A DNA stretch of 64,000 bases from a virus: positions 11,537-75,536 of the IMG/VR virus record IMGVR_UViG_3300017605_000678; one strand, 5' to 3'. Positions within the stretch are counted from its first letter, which is position 1; each line of letters opens with the position of its first letter. The translations under genes and the position numbers were made by a program. The notes below the pieces were generated by a model, which had not been told where the DNA came from, searched no databases, and saw nothing but the letters and a program-made list of their open reading frames with translations. Shown piece after piece: positions 1 through 9,192 of this stretch.

Positions 1-1434
1 GATCACGGCGATTGGATTGACCGCGACGTTCGCCGAGACAATGCAGTCCTCCAACACCACGAAGTTGGTCGAACTCGACACAAAAGGGTAGTAGCTCGTG
101 TAATGCTGGCCATCCGTTGCCGCGTCTCCCTGGGCTCGGAAAGCGTAATCCCCGTTGGCAAAAGAGGATTTATAGATCACGCCGAACGGCCCCTTGCAAT
201 AGACCATCCCGTTAATGAATTGGCAGTTGTGGATCCTGAACCAGTCGCCTCCGGGCGCCATGTTCAAGTGAACATTATGAATGCTCCCGTCCGCGTGATT
301 GTCAGAAGTTCCAACGAAGCGCACGCCGTCGAACTCGATCGCAGGCGCGCTGATCGTGCTTTGGCTCACCACGCCGTCTCCAGTAGTCGTGATCGTCGTG
401 AAGTTTGTCCCGCGCGGCGCCGAGATGTGAAGGAGCGACTTATTGAACGTCACCCCGCTGCTCCAGGTCGCGCTGCCGGCCGGCAGCCAGATCGTTTCTC
501 CGCCCGCGGTCGCCGCCGTCACTGCTGCTTGCACGTCTGCGGTTGCCAGCGAGGCGGCGCGCCAGATCGAGCCAGGGAACATCGGGAAGTTTGCGCCCGT
601 GTCGTCAATCACGACGTTGTCGATCCAGTGGAAAGAGTTTGGCGGCGCCAGCTGGTGCGCGTCATAGCGGCCGATTGTCAGATCCGCACAAGTCACGTTC
701 GCGATCTGGAGAGTCACGCGCGACCCAATAATGGTCCAGGTCGAGGGCTCCCAAACTTCCATACTGGCCGTGAGCGCGGCCTTGTCCCAAAGGCAAGTTA
801 CCCAGTAAAGGTGGTCCCGAGCCAGCACTCCGACCGTTGAAGTGAGACTTGGGCCGTTGCCGCCCACTTCAAGGTTGACCTCGATTCCTCCTGAGATGTT
901 GTAAAACTGGAAGCCGGCATACTGGCCGCCCCCGGTCACTTCCTCAGCGAACACCAGATCGTAAGACTGTCCGTCCGGGCTCCAGTTCCCGACCTTCACG
1001 TAAAAGCCCCAGCTGACCTTGGCCTTTGCTCCGCCATTGAAAGAGTATTGCATGGTCTCTTCCGTCTGCCCCGTGTTCGCGCAGCATGTAGAATCGTCCA
1101 TCTTGAGCGACCGCTTTGATCCGTCGTCGAGCACGAGCGTTCCGTTGGGCAGCCGCGTGCGCCACATCCGCGCCGCGATCGGGTTGTCTAGCGTCATGTG
1201 ACCGCCGTGCGTCGCCCGCTTGAGCGTCCAGGTACCGGCCGCGCTGCTCTGGGTGAATCCGTCCCAGATCTGGGCGGCCGTCGGCGTGCCGGAAGTCGGA
1301 TCGACCACGTCGCCGACGTTTCCATTTTCGAAGCGGATCACGGTCTGAATTCGCGCGCTCGAATTAAGCGGAGCGGCCGCACGGACGGAGCCGGCGGCCA
1401 GGAGGAGAGCCAGGAGGGCAAAAAGGATCTTCAT
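1..1434 (-). CDS. Secreted lectin-like + parallel beta-helix (pectin-lyase-like) protein, possible depolymerase/tailspike; runs off the left edge
   Basis: Not in the ORF track (no stop in window). Manual translation from ATG 1434, which overlaps the upstream stop as ATGA: MKILFALLALLLAAGSVRAAAP..., then ...ADVQAAVTAATAGGETIWLPAGSATWSSGV...FRIHNCQF...VVLEDC, a typical beta-helix cap and rungs. Confidence 0.7.
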   Translation of the reverse strand, partial: MKILFALLALLLAAGSVRAAAPLNSSARIQTVIRFENGNVGDVVDPTSGTPTAAQIWDGFTQSSAAGTWTLKRATHGGHMTLDNPIAARMWRTRLPNGTLVLDDGSKRSLKMDDSTCCANTGQTEETMQYSFNGGAKAKVSWGFYVKVGNWSPDGQSYDLVFAEEVTGGGQYAGFQFYNISGGIEVNLEVGGNGPSLTSTVGVLARDHLYWVTCLWDKAALTASMEVWEPSTWTIIGSRVTLQIANVTCADLTIGRYDAHQLAPPNSFHWIDNVVIDDTGANFPMFPGSIWRAASLATADVQAAVTAATAGGETIWLPAGSATWSSGVTFNKSLLHISAPRGTNFTTITTTGDGVVSQSTISAPAIEFDGVRFVGTSDNHADGSIHNVHLNMAPGGDWFRIHNCQFINGMVYCKGPFGVIYKSSFANGDYAFRAQGDAATDGQHYTSYYPFVSSSTNFVVLEDCIVSANVAVNPIAVI

Positions 1435-2027
1435 TTCCGGAAAAGTAGAAAAGGCGAGAGCGGTCTTGGCTCCTGGGGCTTCATGTAGCGCATTGGCTCA
1501 ACGGGGTGCGGCGCCCAGGCGAGTGTTACGGTCCCGGTCGGGCCGGCGCCCACGAGGATCAGGTCGGCCTTCGTCCAGTCCGTCACGCTGCGCGAGACGA
1601 GCGCCACGCCCGGCACTGGCACGGTGATCGCGCCCAGCTGGACGGCCCGAGGCGCCACGGGCTCGGGCGCCACTTGGAAGAGGACCCAATTGGTCAACGG
1701 CGATTCCTGGACCGCGTTCGTGCTCGTCACGGTGATCCAGTGACTCGATGCCAAGTCCCAATTGGTCAGCGTCACGCCAAGCGATTGGAAGACAAAACCG
1801 CCATTCGTGAACGTCTGGATGTTCGTCGAGGCAATGGCCCGCAGGAACACGCCCGAAACGGCGTTGCTCTCGTAAACCGTGTAGCCCGTCGGCACCATGA
1901 TCCCGGGCCCGCGCGGGGGCGCGTTCCAATACAGGATCAGCTGGCCAGGGACGGGCGCGGCCGCCGTCGTGAGGAGGAGGGTTTGCGCGAGTCCAACGAC
2001 GGCCACGCCGAAGAGTTTCTTGATCAT
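1431..2027 (-). CDS. Secreted fibronectin-III-like protein
   Basis: ATG 2027 in ATGA overlap; signal peptide MIKKLFGVAVVGLAQTLLLTTAAA; Fn3-like LILYWNAPP..GYTVY..WITVTSTNAVQESP. Confidence 0.6.
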   Translation of the reverse strand: MIKKLFGVAVVGLAQTLLLTTAAAPVPGQLILYWNAPPRGPGIMVPTGYTVYESNAVSGVFLRAIASTNIQTFTNGGFVFQSLGVTLTNWDLASSHWITVTSTNAVQESPLTNWVLFQVAPEPVAPRAVQLGAITVPVPGVALVSRSVTDWTKADLILVGAGPTGTVTLAWAPHPVEPMRYMKPQEPRPLSPFLLFRK

Positions 2028-2803
2028 GATGGGTTGCTCCCGAGGTCGCCCGTGTTGCCCAGGCGGATCTTGTCGTAAACGATCTTCCCGCTGCCAGAGT
2101 TTCCGAACGCGTCGAGGATCTCGATCTTGTCGATCGTTCGCTGCCCCGTGCCCGTCGCCGCCTTGGCGTGGTTGTTCGAGCCGTCCGCCGGCTTGGTCGC
2201 GCTCGTGTTGAACCAAATCTCGGAAATGTCCTCGCCCGCATTGGCGCCTTGCTTGTAGTGGAACCAAAGATGGTAGGTCGTGTCCGGCGAGACCGTCGCT
2301 ACTGTCGAAACGAGCGGGCTCCCGCCGTCTCCGTACACGCGAAAAAGGTTCCCGTTCAGATCCACCGTGAAAGCCGGGTTTCCGCTGGAGTCGAGCAGCT
2401 CGAGCAAGGTCGTTCCGCCGTCCGCAATGGTCACGAAGCGGATCATCATGTAACCCCAGACTTCCGGATTGTTGCCGAGGCTGCTCTTCGTGACGATCGA
2501 GTTATTCGCAGCCGGCATGCTCAAACTTTGGCTGCCAGCCAGCGGCGCCGGCGCCGCCGTGTCGTCCCAATTGGCCGCTCCGGCATCCAGCGTCCAGCCG
2601 CTGGGCGTGCCCGTGCCCTCGGCGTCCTCGCTCACGAGGTTTGCCGTCCCGTTGCCGCCGCCTCCGCCCGTGGGCGCGGCGCCTGGGCTCGGCAAGAGAC
2701 GATTGATAAAGAGGCCGCCCGATCCCGCGGCAGCTCCGCGCACGCGCTGGAGAGGAACGAGCGCAAAAGCCAAGAGAAGGGCGGCGAAAAGTAGGCGATT
2801 CAT
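2024..2803 (-). CDS. Secreted beta-sandwich (concanavalin/LamG-like) protein
   Basis: ATG 2803; signal peptide MNRLLFAALLLAFALVPLQRVRG; G-rich linker, then EDAEGTG..W..YDKIRLG lectin-like pattern. Confidence 0.6.
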   Translation of the reverse strand: MNRLLFAALLLAFALVPLQRVRGAAAGSGGLFINRLLPSPGAAPTGGGGGNGTANLVSEDAEGTGTPSGWTLDAGAANWDDTAAPAPLAGSQSLSMPAANNSIVTKSSLGNNPEVWGYMMIRFVTIADGGTTLLELLDSSGNPAFTVDLNGNLFRVYGDGGSPLVSTVATVSPDTTYHLWFHYKQGANAGEDISEIWFNTSATKPADGSNNHAKAATGTGQRTIDKIEILDAFGNSGSGKIVYDKIRLGNTGDLGSNPS

Positions 2804-2807
2804 ACGA

Positions 2808-5800
2808 TCAGAATTTTCGGACTTCGACCTTGAAGGTTCCACTGGCCGGATTCTGTGACGCGGCCACCGGGATGAAGCGTACCCAGACAAAATCGTTGCT
2901 CGCCCAGGCCATATACGACCCAAGGATCGGCATCACGGCCACGGGCGGAACGCCGAGCACGACCGGATCCCCGGGCAGAGCGCCAGTGACGGCGATCGAT
3001 AGATCGGCCACAGCTCCGGAGCTTGTGATCGGGAAGTCGAGCGCCGCGGAGGCCGTCAAGTTGGTTGTGGTCAGCAGCAGGGTTGCCGAGGCCGTCGCCG
3101 TGTTTGTCACGATCGCCAGCCCAGGATTCACTTGCAGCGCCAAGTCCGGGATCGCCTCCTCCCAGGCGTTGGTCCACGTTCCGCGCTTGACGAAATGGTA
3201 GCGGCTGACCGCGTTCGTGGGAACGAGCGCTTGCGTGAGCGGATGATTGATCCAGGAGGCCGCCGCGATCGGCTGCCAGACAACGGCGTTCTGCCCGCTG
3301 TTCGTGATTTCAAGGGTTACGTCCACGTTGGGCGAAAAGTTGGTCAGGACGATCGTCGTATTGGCCGAAATGGCGATTGAGTAAAAGTTGTTCGTGCCGT
3401 TCAGCTGAACGACGTTCGCATCGTTCTGCGGCGTGACGACCTTGTTACTGATCGCGCCGTCGGCGAAGAACCAGCCCTCGTTGAAAATGTTAGTGACCAG
3501 CGCATTGGCCTTGATGTTCGTTTGGCTGCCGCTGGCGTCGAACTGGTTCAAGTTGAACGGACCGCCGCCACCGCCGCCTCCGCCGCTGCTGGCAATTGTC
3601 GCCGTGCCCGCGGCCGTGTTAGTCGTGATCGTGATGTTCGGTCCGGCCACGAGCGCCAGACTCGGAGTCGCCTCTTCCCAGGCATTGGTCCACGTCCCAC
3701 GCTTCACGAAGTGATAAAAGCTGGTCGCGTTCGTAGGAACGCTTGCCTGCGCGTTCGGATGAGTCACCCAGGAGGAGGCGCCGATCGGCTGCCACGTCAC
3801 GACAAATTGCCCTGAATTTGTGATCTCCAGGTAGAGATCTACGTTTGGCGACAGATTGGTCAGGACGATCGTCGCGTCGGCTCCCAGCACGATCCGCCAG
3901 TTCTGATTCGTCCCATTGACCTGATACACGCTCCCGTTGAGCGTCGGCAGAAAGAGAGAATTGCTCAGCGCGCCGTCGAGCGTGATGAATCCGGCATTGT
4001 GAATGTTCGTGAGCAGCGGGCCGTTGCGGATGTTGGTCAAGCTGCCGGATCCGTCGAAGACGTCGGTATTGAACGAGCCCCCGCCGCCTCCGCCTCCGCC
4101 CGTGGCCCACTTAATGCCGGCCGGTTGCGTTGAGTCCGCTTGCAACGTCGTTCCATTGGCGCCCACGGCCACGCGGACCAAATGCGCGCCGTCATAGGCG
4201 AAGAGGTCGCCCTTGGAAAGTCCGCTGAGGGCCGCCATGTCCTGCAGGATCATCGCGTCGGCGCTCATGTTCCAACCGTAAATCGTGCCGGACAGCTGCG
4301 CGAAGCGGAACCACGTAACATAGTTAGGCGTCTGATTCGCTTGGCCAGGATCGACTTGGTTCGTTGCCGTCACCCACTTGATCCCGCTCGGCCACGTCAC
4401 GCTTCGGCCGCCCGTGCCGTCCTGGACGAGGAGAACATCGATCTGCTTGCCATTGCCGGCGTTGTTGAAAGTAAAGGTCGTGTTCACCCCAAGCGTTTTC
4501 GACCGCATGCTCGAGAGCGCCCAATCGATCGCAGTGCCCGAGATCGCCGCCTCTTGCCGATTGATCGGCCCGGAGAAAGTCTGCTCGAGCGAGAAGTTGT
4601 TTGCAGCATCCTGATAGGCCGTCGCCGCCGCCACGTTCCCGCGGGCAAGGATCCCGCTCACGGCGTTTGCGCTCGAAAGATCGATCGCGCCCCATGCCAG
4701 GGCGGAGGCCGCTCGGCGCAGCACTTGACCGTCCGCGCTCGAGGACATGTCTCCAGGCACTCCGGTCGAATTGGCCGCCCGACCGATCACGGAGAGCGCC
4801 GCGGAGTTTCGCAGCTTCGTGTCCGTCACGACGCCGGTATCAATCGTAAAGATCGTTCCGGAACTTGAAACCGTGATGTCTGTCTTGTCGCCGTCCGTGA
4901 GCGTGCCGGCGTTCACCCAGCTCACGTCCGCCCCCGTGCCGCCAGAGCGCAGCAGTTGGCCGAGCGTGCCCGGCCCCAGGGCGGTCCAGCCGGAGGCGCC
5001 GCGGAAGAGGACCGTGCCCTGGGCGCTCCCGGCCCAGTCGAGCAGCTGCGAGAGCGTGACCTCCTCAGTCACGCCGGCGGCCGCCGTGTTGCGGCCCAAG
5101 ACGCGCTGGCTAGCCGAAATGTTCTGCAGCTTGGAATAGCTCACGACGCCCGGATCGATCACCCAGGTCGCCCCGCCGCCGCTGACCGTGATGTCGGTCT
5201 TGTCGCCGTCCGTCACTCCGGCGCCCGAGGCCCAGCTCGGGTCCGCGCCGGCGCCGCCCGTGCGCAGGAAGTTTCCAGCCGTGCCCGGCGCCAATGCCAC
5301 CCAGCCACCCAGGCCGCGGTAGAGCACGCTTCCGCGCACGCTGGAAAGCCATTCCAGCAGCTGGCCAGGGTTGAGCGCCTCTGGCGGCCCGCTGCCGGCC
5401 GTCTGGCGCCCGAGGAACGTCTGGTTGGCAATGTTCGCGATCTTGCCCAGGCTCACGGCGCCGGCGTCAATCGTCCACGTCGCGCCGCCTCCTGAAACCG
5501 TTATGTCGGTCTTGTCGCCGTCCGTCACGGGCGAGACGGTCAAGGGCACAATGTTTGCCGAGGCGTCGAATCCAAGCACCTTGCCGGCGGCCCATGACGT
5601 CGCCGGCCAGTTGAAGAGCGTGGTCGGCGCAATCACAAACTGCTCGAAAATCTGCGCGTTCGTGAGGTTCACCCCGTTCTTGAGCGAGATCAGGCCCATA
5701 GTCGGTCCGAATCCAAGCGGAGAATAGAATTGGTCGGAGTTCAGCATTGTCCACTGGATCCCGACCTCTGTGCCCTGCAAGAACCAACCGTTGTGGTTGG

Positions 5801-6371
5801 CCGGCGGGTCCAGAGTCTCCCAGACGACGCCGTCGGAGAACAGGACGGAGCCCGCGGGCGCCTTGGCCCCAGTGAGCGAGTAAATCATGTTTAGGATATC
5901 GGAGGCAGCGATTGCCTCAGGGGCGCCAGTGCCGACCGAATAGCGGCCGAGGATCGTATTGCGCGCTTGGCTTTGCATTTTGGCCAGCGTCACGGCCGAG
6001 TTATTGATCGTCCAGGTCGAGCCGCCTCCGCTGACCGTGATGTCGGTCTTGTTTCCGTCCGAGACGCCGCCGCCGGTGCCCACCCCGCCGTGCGTTTCCC
6101 ATCCGGTCGTCGTGGCCGTGCCGTTTGTCTTCACGAAGAGCGTTCCAGCGCCCACGCTATTGGTCCGGATCCAGATGTCGCCAACGGAGCCGCTGATCGC
6201 GCCCTCGGGCGCCACGTTGCCGGCTTGAATCGTCCCGGGCTTGCCCAGCTTGACCGAAAGGTTGGCGTCGGAGTTTGTCGTGTTCCGGTTCTTGAGGATG
6301 GGCGGCCCGAACTGGGCCGCGGCCGGAAAGCAGATCGAAAGGAGGAGCGCGAGGCGCAAGATCGTCTTCAT
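2808..6371 (-). CDS. Large modular phage fibre protein with N-terminal signal peptide (1187 aa)
   Basis: ATG 6371, MKTILRLALLLSICFPAAA-QF; PEG..GS..LFVK..TGW domain; four DG(D/N)KTDITVS repeats; LVQDGTGGRSVTWP..KW fibre domain; duplicated ~170-aa C-terminal module. Confidence 0.75.
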   Translation of the reverse strand: MKTILRLALLLSICFPAAAQFGPPILKNRNTTNSDANLSVKLGKPGTIQAGNVAPEGAISGSVGDIWIRTNSVGAGTLFVKTNGTATTTGWETHGGVGTGGGVSDGNKTDITVSGGGSTWTINNSAVTLAKMQSQARNTILGRYSVGTGAPEAIAASDILNMIYSLTGAKAPAGSVLFSDGVVWETLDPPANHNGWFLQGTEVGIQWTMLNSDQFYSPLGFGPTMGLISLKNGVNLTNAQIFEQFVIAPTTLFNWPATSWAAGKVLGFDASANIVPLTVSPVTDGDKTDITVSGGGATWTIDAGAVSLGKIANIANQTFLGRQTAGSGPPEALNPGQLLEWLSSVRGSVLYRGLGGWVALAPGTAGNFLRTGGAGADPSWASGAGVTDGDKTDITVSGGGATWVIDPGVVSYSKLQNISASQRVLGRNTAAAGVTEEVTLSQLLDWAGSAQGTVLFRGASGWTALGPGTLGQLLRSGGTGADVSWVNAGTLTDGDKTDITVSSSGTIFTIDTGVVTDTKLRNSAALSVIGRAANSTGVPGDMSSSADGQVLRRAASALAWGAIDLSSANAVSGILARGNVAAATAYQDAANNFSLEQTFSGPINRQEAAISGTAIDWALSSMRSKTLGVNTTFTFNNAGNGKQIDVLLVQDGTGGRSVTWPSGIKWVTATNQVDPGQANQTPNYVTWFRFAQLSGTIYGWNMSADAMILQDMAALSGLSKGDLFAYDGAHLVRVAVGANGTTLQADSTQPAGIKWATGGGGGGGGSFNTDVFDGSGSLTNIRNGPLLTNIHNAGFITLDGALSNSLFLPTLNGSVYQVNGTNQNWRIVLGADATIVLTNLSPNVDLYLEITNSGQFVVTWQPIGASSWVTHPNAQASVPTNATSFYHFVKRGTWTNAWEEATPSLALVAGPNITITTNTAAGTATIASSGGGGGGGGPFNLNQFDASGSQTNIKANALVTNIFNEGWFFADGAISNKVVTPQNDANVVQLNGTNNFYSIAISANTTIVLTNFSPNVDVTLEITNSGQNAVVWQPIAAASWINHPLTQALVPTNAVSRYHFVKRGTWTNAWEEAIPDLALQVNPGLAIVTNTATASATLLLTTTNLTASAALDFPITSSGAVADLSIAVTGALPGDPVVLGVPPVAVMPILGSYMAWASNDFVWVRFIPVAASQNPASGTFKVEVRKF

Positions 6372-6432
6372 GTTATTTCGTTCGGCCGGTCCAGAGCGGA
6401 GCGCGCTCCCGGCCCAGCGCGCGCAAAAAGAA

Positions 6433-6687
6433 TTAAGCCTGCAAGACGAGGTTCCACCCCGTGTTCCCGGAACCGCCCGAAAACTTGAAGTAAAGGAACC
6501 CGGTCGCCGTGTCGCCGTACCACGATCCTTGCGCAGCAGCGACCACGCCCTCGGGCGCGCCCGAGCCAGTGAGATTGCTCCCGCTGCCCGTGATCGTCGT
6601 CCCGCCGGCGCCGGTCGTGCCATGCCGGATCATCATGGGGATCGACCGGCCGACTCTAACTCTCGACGGACGATGGATGTAGGCCAC
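6433..6687 (-). CDS. Small virion protein with GAPEG..GSWY..LYFK..GNTGW domain
   Basis: Probable GTG 6687; shares its domain with the N-terminus of the 2808-6371 fibre but has no signal peptide. Confidence 0.55.
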   Translation of the reverse strand: MAYIHRPSRVRVGRSIPMMIRHGTTGAGGTTITGSGSNLTGSGAPEGVVAAAQGSWYGDTATGFLYFKFSGGSGNTGWNLVLQA

Positions 6688-6871
6688 GGGCTCCTTTCCG
6701 GCGCCCAGGGCGCCAGGGCTTGGATTGCTCGGGCTCAGGCGCGGCCGCCGGCGCAGAGGGCGCCGTTGCCACGGCCGGGACCACGACAATCGGGATCGGG
6801 AAATGACGTTCCCGCCGGCCGACGTGCTCGGCGAGCGGGATGCGTACGCGGCGAATGAATTGCAGAGGCAT
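6656..6871 (-). CDS. Hypothetical protein
   Basis: ATG abuts the stop of the upstream gene; fills the operon gap. Confidence 0.4.
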   Translation of the reverse strand: MPLQFIRRVRIPLAEHVGRRERHFPIPIVVVPAVATAPSAPAAAPEPEQSKPWRPGRRKGARGLHPSSVES

Positions 6872-7087
6872 TTAGATGGCGTTCGCGCCGATCGCGATCT
6901 GCTTCCAGTTGGTCCCGTCGCTCACTGCCAAGCAGGCAACGGAGCCAGTGCCGCCCGCAGTCAGCTTGATGATCCGGTTTTTGTTCGTCTTGGCCGGAGG
7001 CGCATTGGCAACCACACTGAACTCTGCCACCGGAGCGTTGAGGGTCCCTTTGTAAAGGCCCGCGTCGCGTGCTGTTTTGTTGGCCAT
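6872..7087 (-). CDS. Putative head decoration/head-fibre protein
   Basis: Immediately after MCP; CLAVSDGTNWKQIAIG motif resembles small capsid-associated beta-proteins. Confidence 0.55.
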   Translation of the reverse strand: MANKTARDAGLYKGTLNAPVAEFSVVANAPPAKTNKNRIIKLTAGGTGSVACLAVSDGTNWKQIAIGANAI

Positions 7088-7166
7088 AAGAGATCGTTTT
7101 TGATTCTGCGCCCCAGGCCGGCCCCACCGGCCCAGGGCTTTGTTTTAGAAACTCGCGAGCCCGGTC

Positions 7167-8240
7167 CTAGTTGTTATGCGTGATGCCGACAAACCGGATG
7201 TTCTTGTAAACGTAAACCGGAGGCGTGGCCGCGCCGTCGTAGCCCGTCACCCAGATCGGGGTCCAACGGGCCGCCGTGGCCAGCTGCGCGTCGGTCGCGC
7301 CGCCGTCGGCAGTCGCGCCGCCCGTCGTGTCGTTCCACTGGAAGCCGCGCGGATGCTTGATCCAGCGGCGCCGATTGATAAGCACGTCGTCGTGAGCCAG
7401 CGAAACGCGGCTCAACTCGACGCCCTTCGTACCGAACCCGCCGGACAGCGGCTCATTCAAGCGCTGATTTCCGAACCCGAACACGCCCGGCCCGTAGAGG
7501 ACCGAAGTGTAAACCACGCCGTCGGTCGAGCCGGCACGCGTCGGCATCTGGTCGGTGATGATCACGCGCCGGCCCTGGAAGACCGCGATCGTCGGCTTGC
7601 CTTCAGAGTCGGGCAAGTAGTCGATCAAATCCTGCTTCTTAAGCGCCGCCTCCGTCGCCGAGTGCATGGAGATCGCCACGAGGTCGCGGTTGGCGTCGCC
7701 CAGCTTCTGGACGGCGTCCACGAAGGTCGAGCCGTTCAGCTTCGTCGCCGACGTCTGCGCGGCAATCGATTCCGAATGAATGGCCAGCAAGTTGGGGTCG
7801 CCAGTCACGGCGTCGAGCGCGCCAATGATCCCTTTGACGGAAGCGATCACGATCGATTGGTCGATCTCCGTCCAGTAAGTGGCGACGAAGTCGGCGATCG
7901 CCATCATCGGATCGTCGCCGGCCAGCAGCGCGGCCAGGAGGGTCACGCTCCAGGCGTTGCCGTCATTGTGAATCCGCGCCACGTCGGTCGACGTGTTGAT
8001 CGAATTCACAGAGAACGAGCCGGAGTCCGAGATCAACTGCCGGGCCGCGAGCGAGACCGTGCCCTGCTTCCACGCGGGCATTGAAACGATCTTGCCGCCG
8101 TCGGAGATGAGCGCGTCGTACTGCGGGCCGACCTCGATAATGTCGGATTGCCCGAAAGAAGTATTGATGACCGATCGCTCGATCACGTAGTCCTCAAAAA
8201 TGCTCGGGACGAGGACGTCGGAAACCAGTGTTTTCGCCAT
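7167..8240 (-). CDS. Major capsid protein (HK97 fold, SPP1 gp13-like)
   Basis: 357 aa after scaffold; MAKTLVSDVLVP, LAGDDPM..IA, KLGD..MHS, FQGRRVIITD, HPRGFQW motifs. Confidence 0.9.
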   Translation of the reverse strand: MAKTLVSDVLVPSIFEDYVIERSVINTSFGQSDIIEVGPQYDALISDGGKIVSMPAWKQGTVSLAARQLISDSGSFSVNSINTSTDVARIHNDGNAWSVTLLAALLAGDDPMMAIADFVATYWTEIDQSIVIASVKGIIGALDAVTGDPNLLAIHSESIAAQTSATKLNGSTFVDAVQKLGDANRDLVAISMHSATEAALKKQDLIDYLPDSEGKPTIAVFQGRRVIITDQMPTRAGSTDGVVYTSVLYGPGVFGFGNQRLNEPLSGGFGTKGVELSRVSLAHDDVLINRRRWIKHPRGFQWNDTTGGATADGGATDAQLATAARWTPIWVTGYDGAATPPVYVYKNIRFVGITHNN

Positions 8241-8301
8241 AAAATCCGCAATTTGCTGTTATGGCGAAGGTCCGCTTTTTGGGTGCGTGGCCCGCGCCGG
8301 T

Positions 8302-9126
8302 TTACGCGATCCGGGCTTCCCGCTGCGCCTGTTCTTTCATGCGTCGGGCCAGTTCCGGATTCTCTTTCGTGATCTTCCCTTGCAGCGTCAAGTTGAAGGT
8401 CTTCTTAGACCATGGATTGACGTTGGGGGTTCCGGATCCGCTGGACCCGCTTCCGCTCGCTCCGGCGCCGGAAGACTCTTTGGCAAGATACGTGTGCTGC
8501 TTCAGCAGCTCATCCTGCAACCACTCGGTGATTCCAAGATTGCTCGTGCCGTCACGATTGGAGCGAGGGTTGCCGTTCCTGTCAAGCGCCACGAGGTTTC
8601 CATCCTTCAGGCTCCACACGCCGTCCGCGAAACGTAGGATCGCCATTTCCGCCCCAGGCTGGAGCGACAGCTGCCGGCACGCGTTCAGGATCGAGTTTTC
8701 GATCGTCGTCTTTTCCAGCTTCGCCTGGGCCGCGTCGGCCCTGGAATTGGCCTGTTTGAGCTTGTTCTCCATGTCCTCTTTGATCGCCTTCGTGCGCTCG
8801 ACGATCATCGCGTCCACGCCGCCCTTGCGGAGGTACTGCTCGGCGTCATCCAGCTCGACGCCCTTAGAAACATTCAGCAGCGCGCGCGCTCGGTCCGGGT
8901 CTTCGATCCCCTTGAATTTTTCCTTGAGCGAATCGTTTTCGGATTTCAGAGCGCGGTTGTTCTCGCGGAACTCGACGAAGCGCCCCTTGGGGACCACGTC
9001 TTCGACGTCAAGCACCCACATCTTCACTTTCGTTCCGTTGGCCAGCTCGACCTCGCGTTCGTGGTAAAGGCTCTTGTGTTCGGCTGGAACCTCGGTCTCC
9101 TTCTCAACGTGATATTTCAGGGGCAT
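8302..9126 (-). CDS. Capsid scaffolding protein
   Basis: Coiled-coil, G/S-rich tail ending NPW..TFNLT.QG.I.KENPELA; directly upstream of MCP. Confidence 0.8.
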   Translation of the reverse strand: MPLKYHVEKETEVPAEHKSLYHEREVELANGTKVKMWVLDVEDVVPKGRFVEFRENNRALKSENDSLKEKFKGIEDPDRARALLNVSKGVELDDAEQYLRKGGVDAMIVERTKAIKEDMENKLKQANSRADAAQAKLEKTTIENSILNACRQLSLQPGAEMAILRFADGVWSLKDGNLVALDRNGNPRSNRDGTSNLGITEWLQDELLKQHTYLAKESSGAGASGSGSSGSGTPNVNPWSKKTFNLTLQGKITKENPELARRMKEQAQREARIA

Positions 9127-9192
9127 AAACAAGCGGTTCTCGCCAGCTCGACGGAGCCAGCGGCCCGGCGCTTCGGCGCCCAGGTCTTTCTT

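Noticed and set aside
3075-4075. Fibre C-terminal duplication as a DGR template/variable repeat pair
   Set aside because: Both copies are in-frame coding, divergence is widespread rather than evidently adenine-specific, and no reverse transcriptase is in the window
7105-7140. GC hairpin after MCP (also those near 31430, 31855, 41185) as terminators
   Set aside because: No U-tract on the coding strand; more likely mRNA-stabilising or processing hairpins
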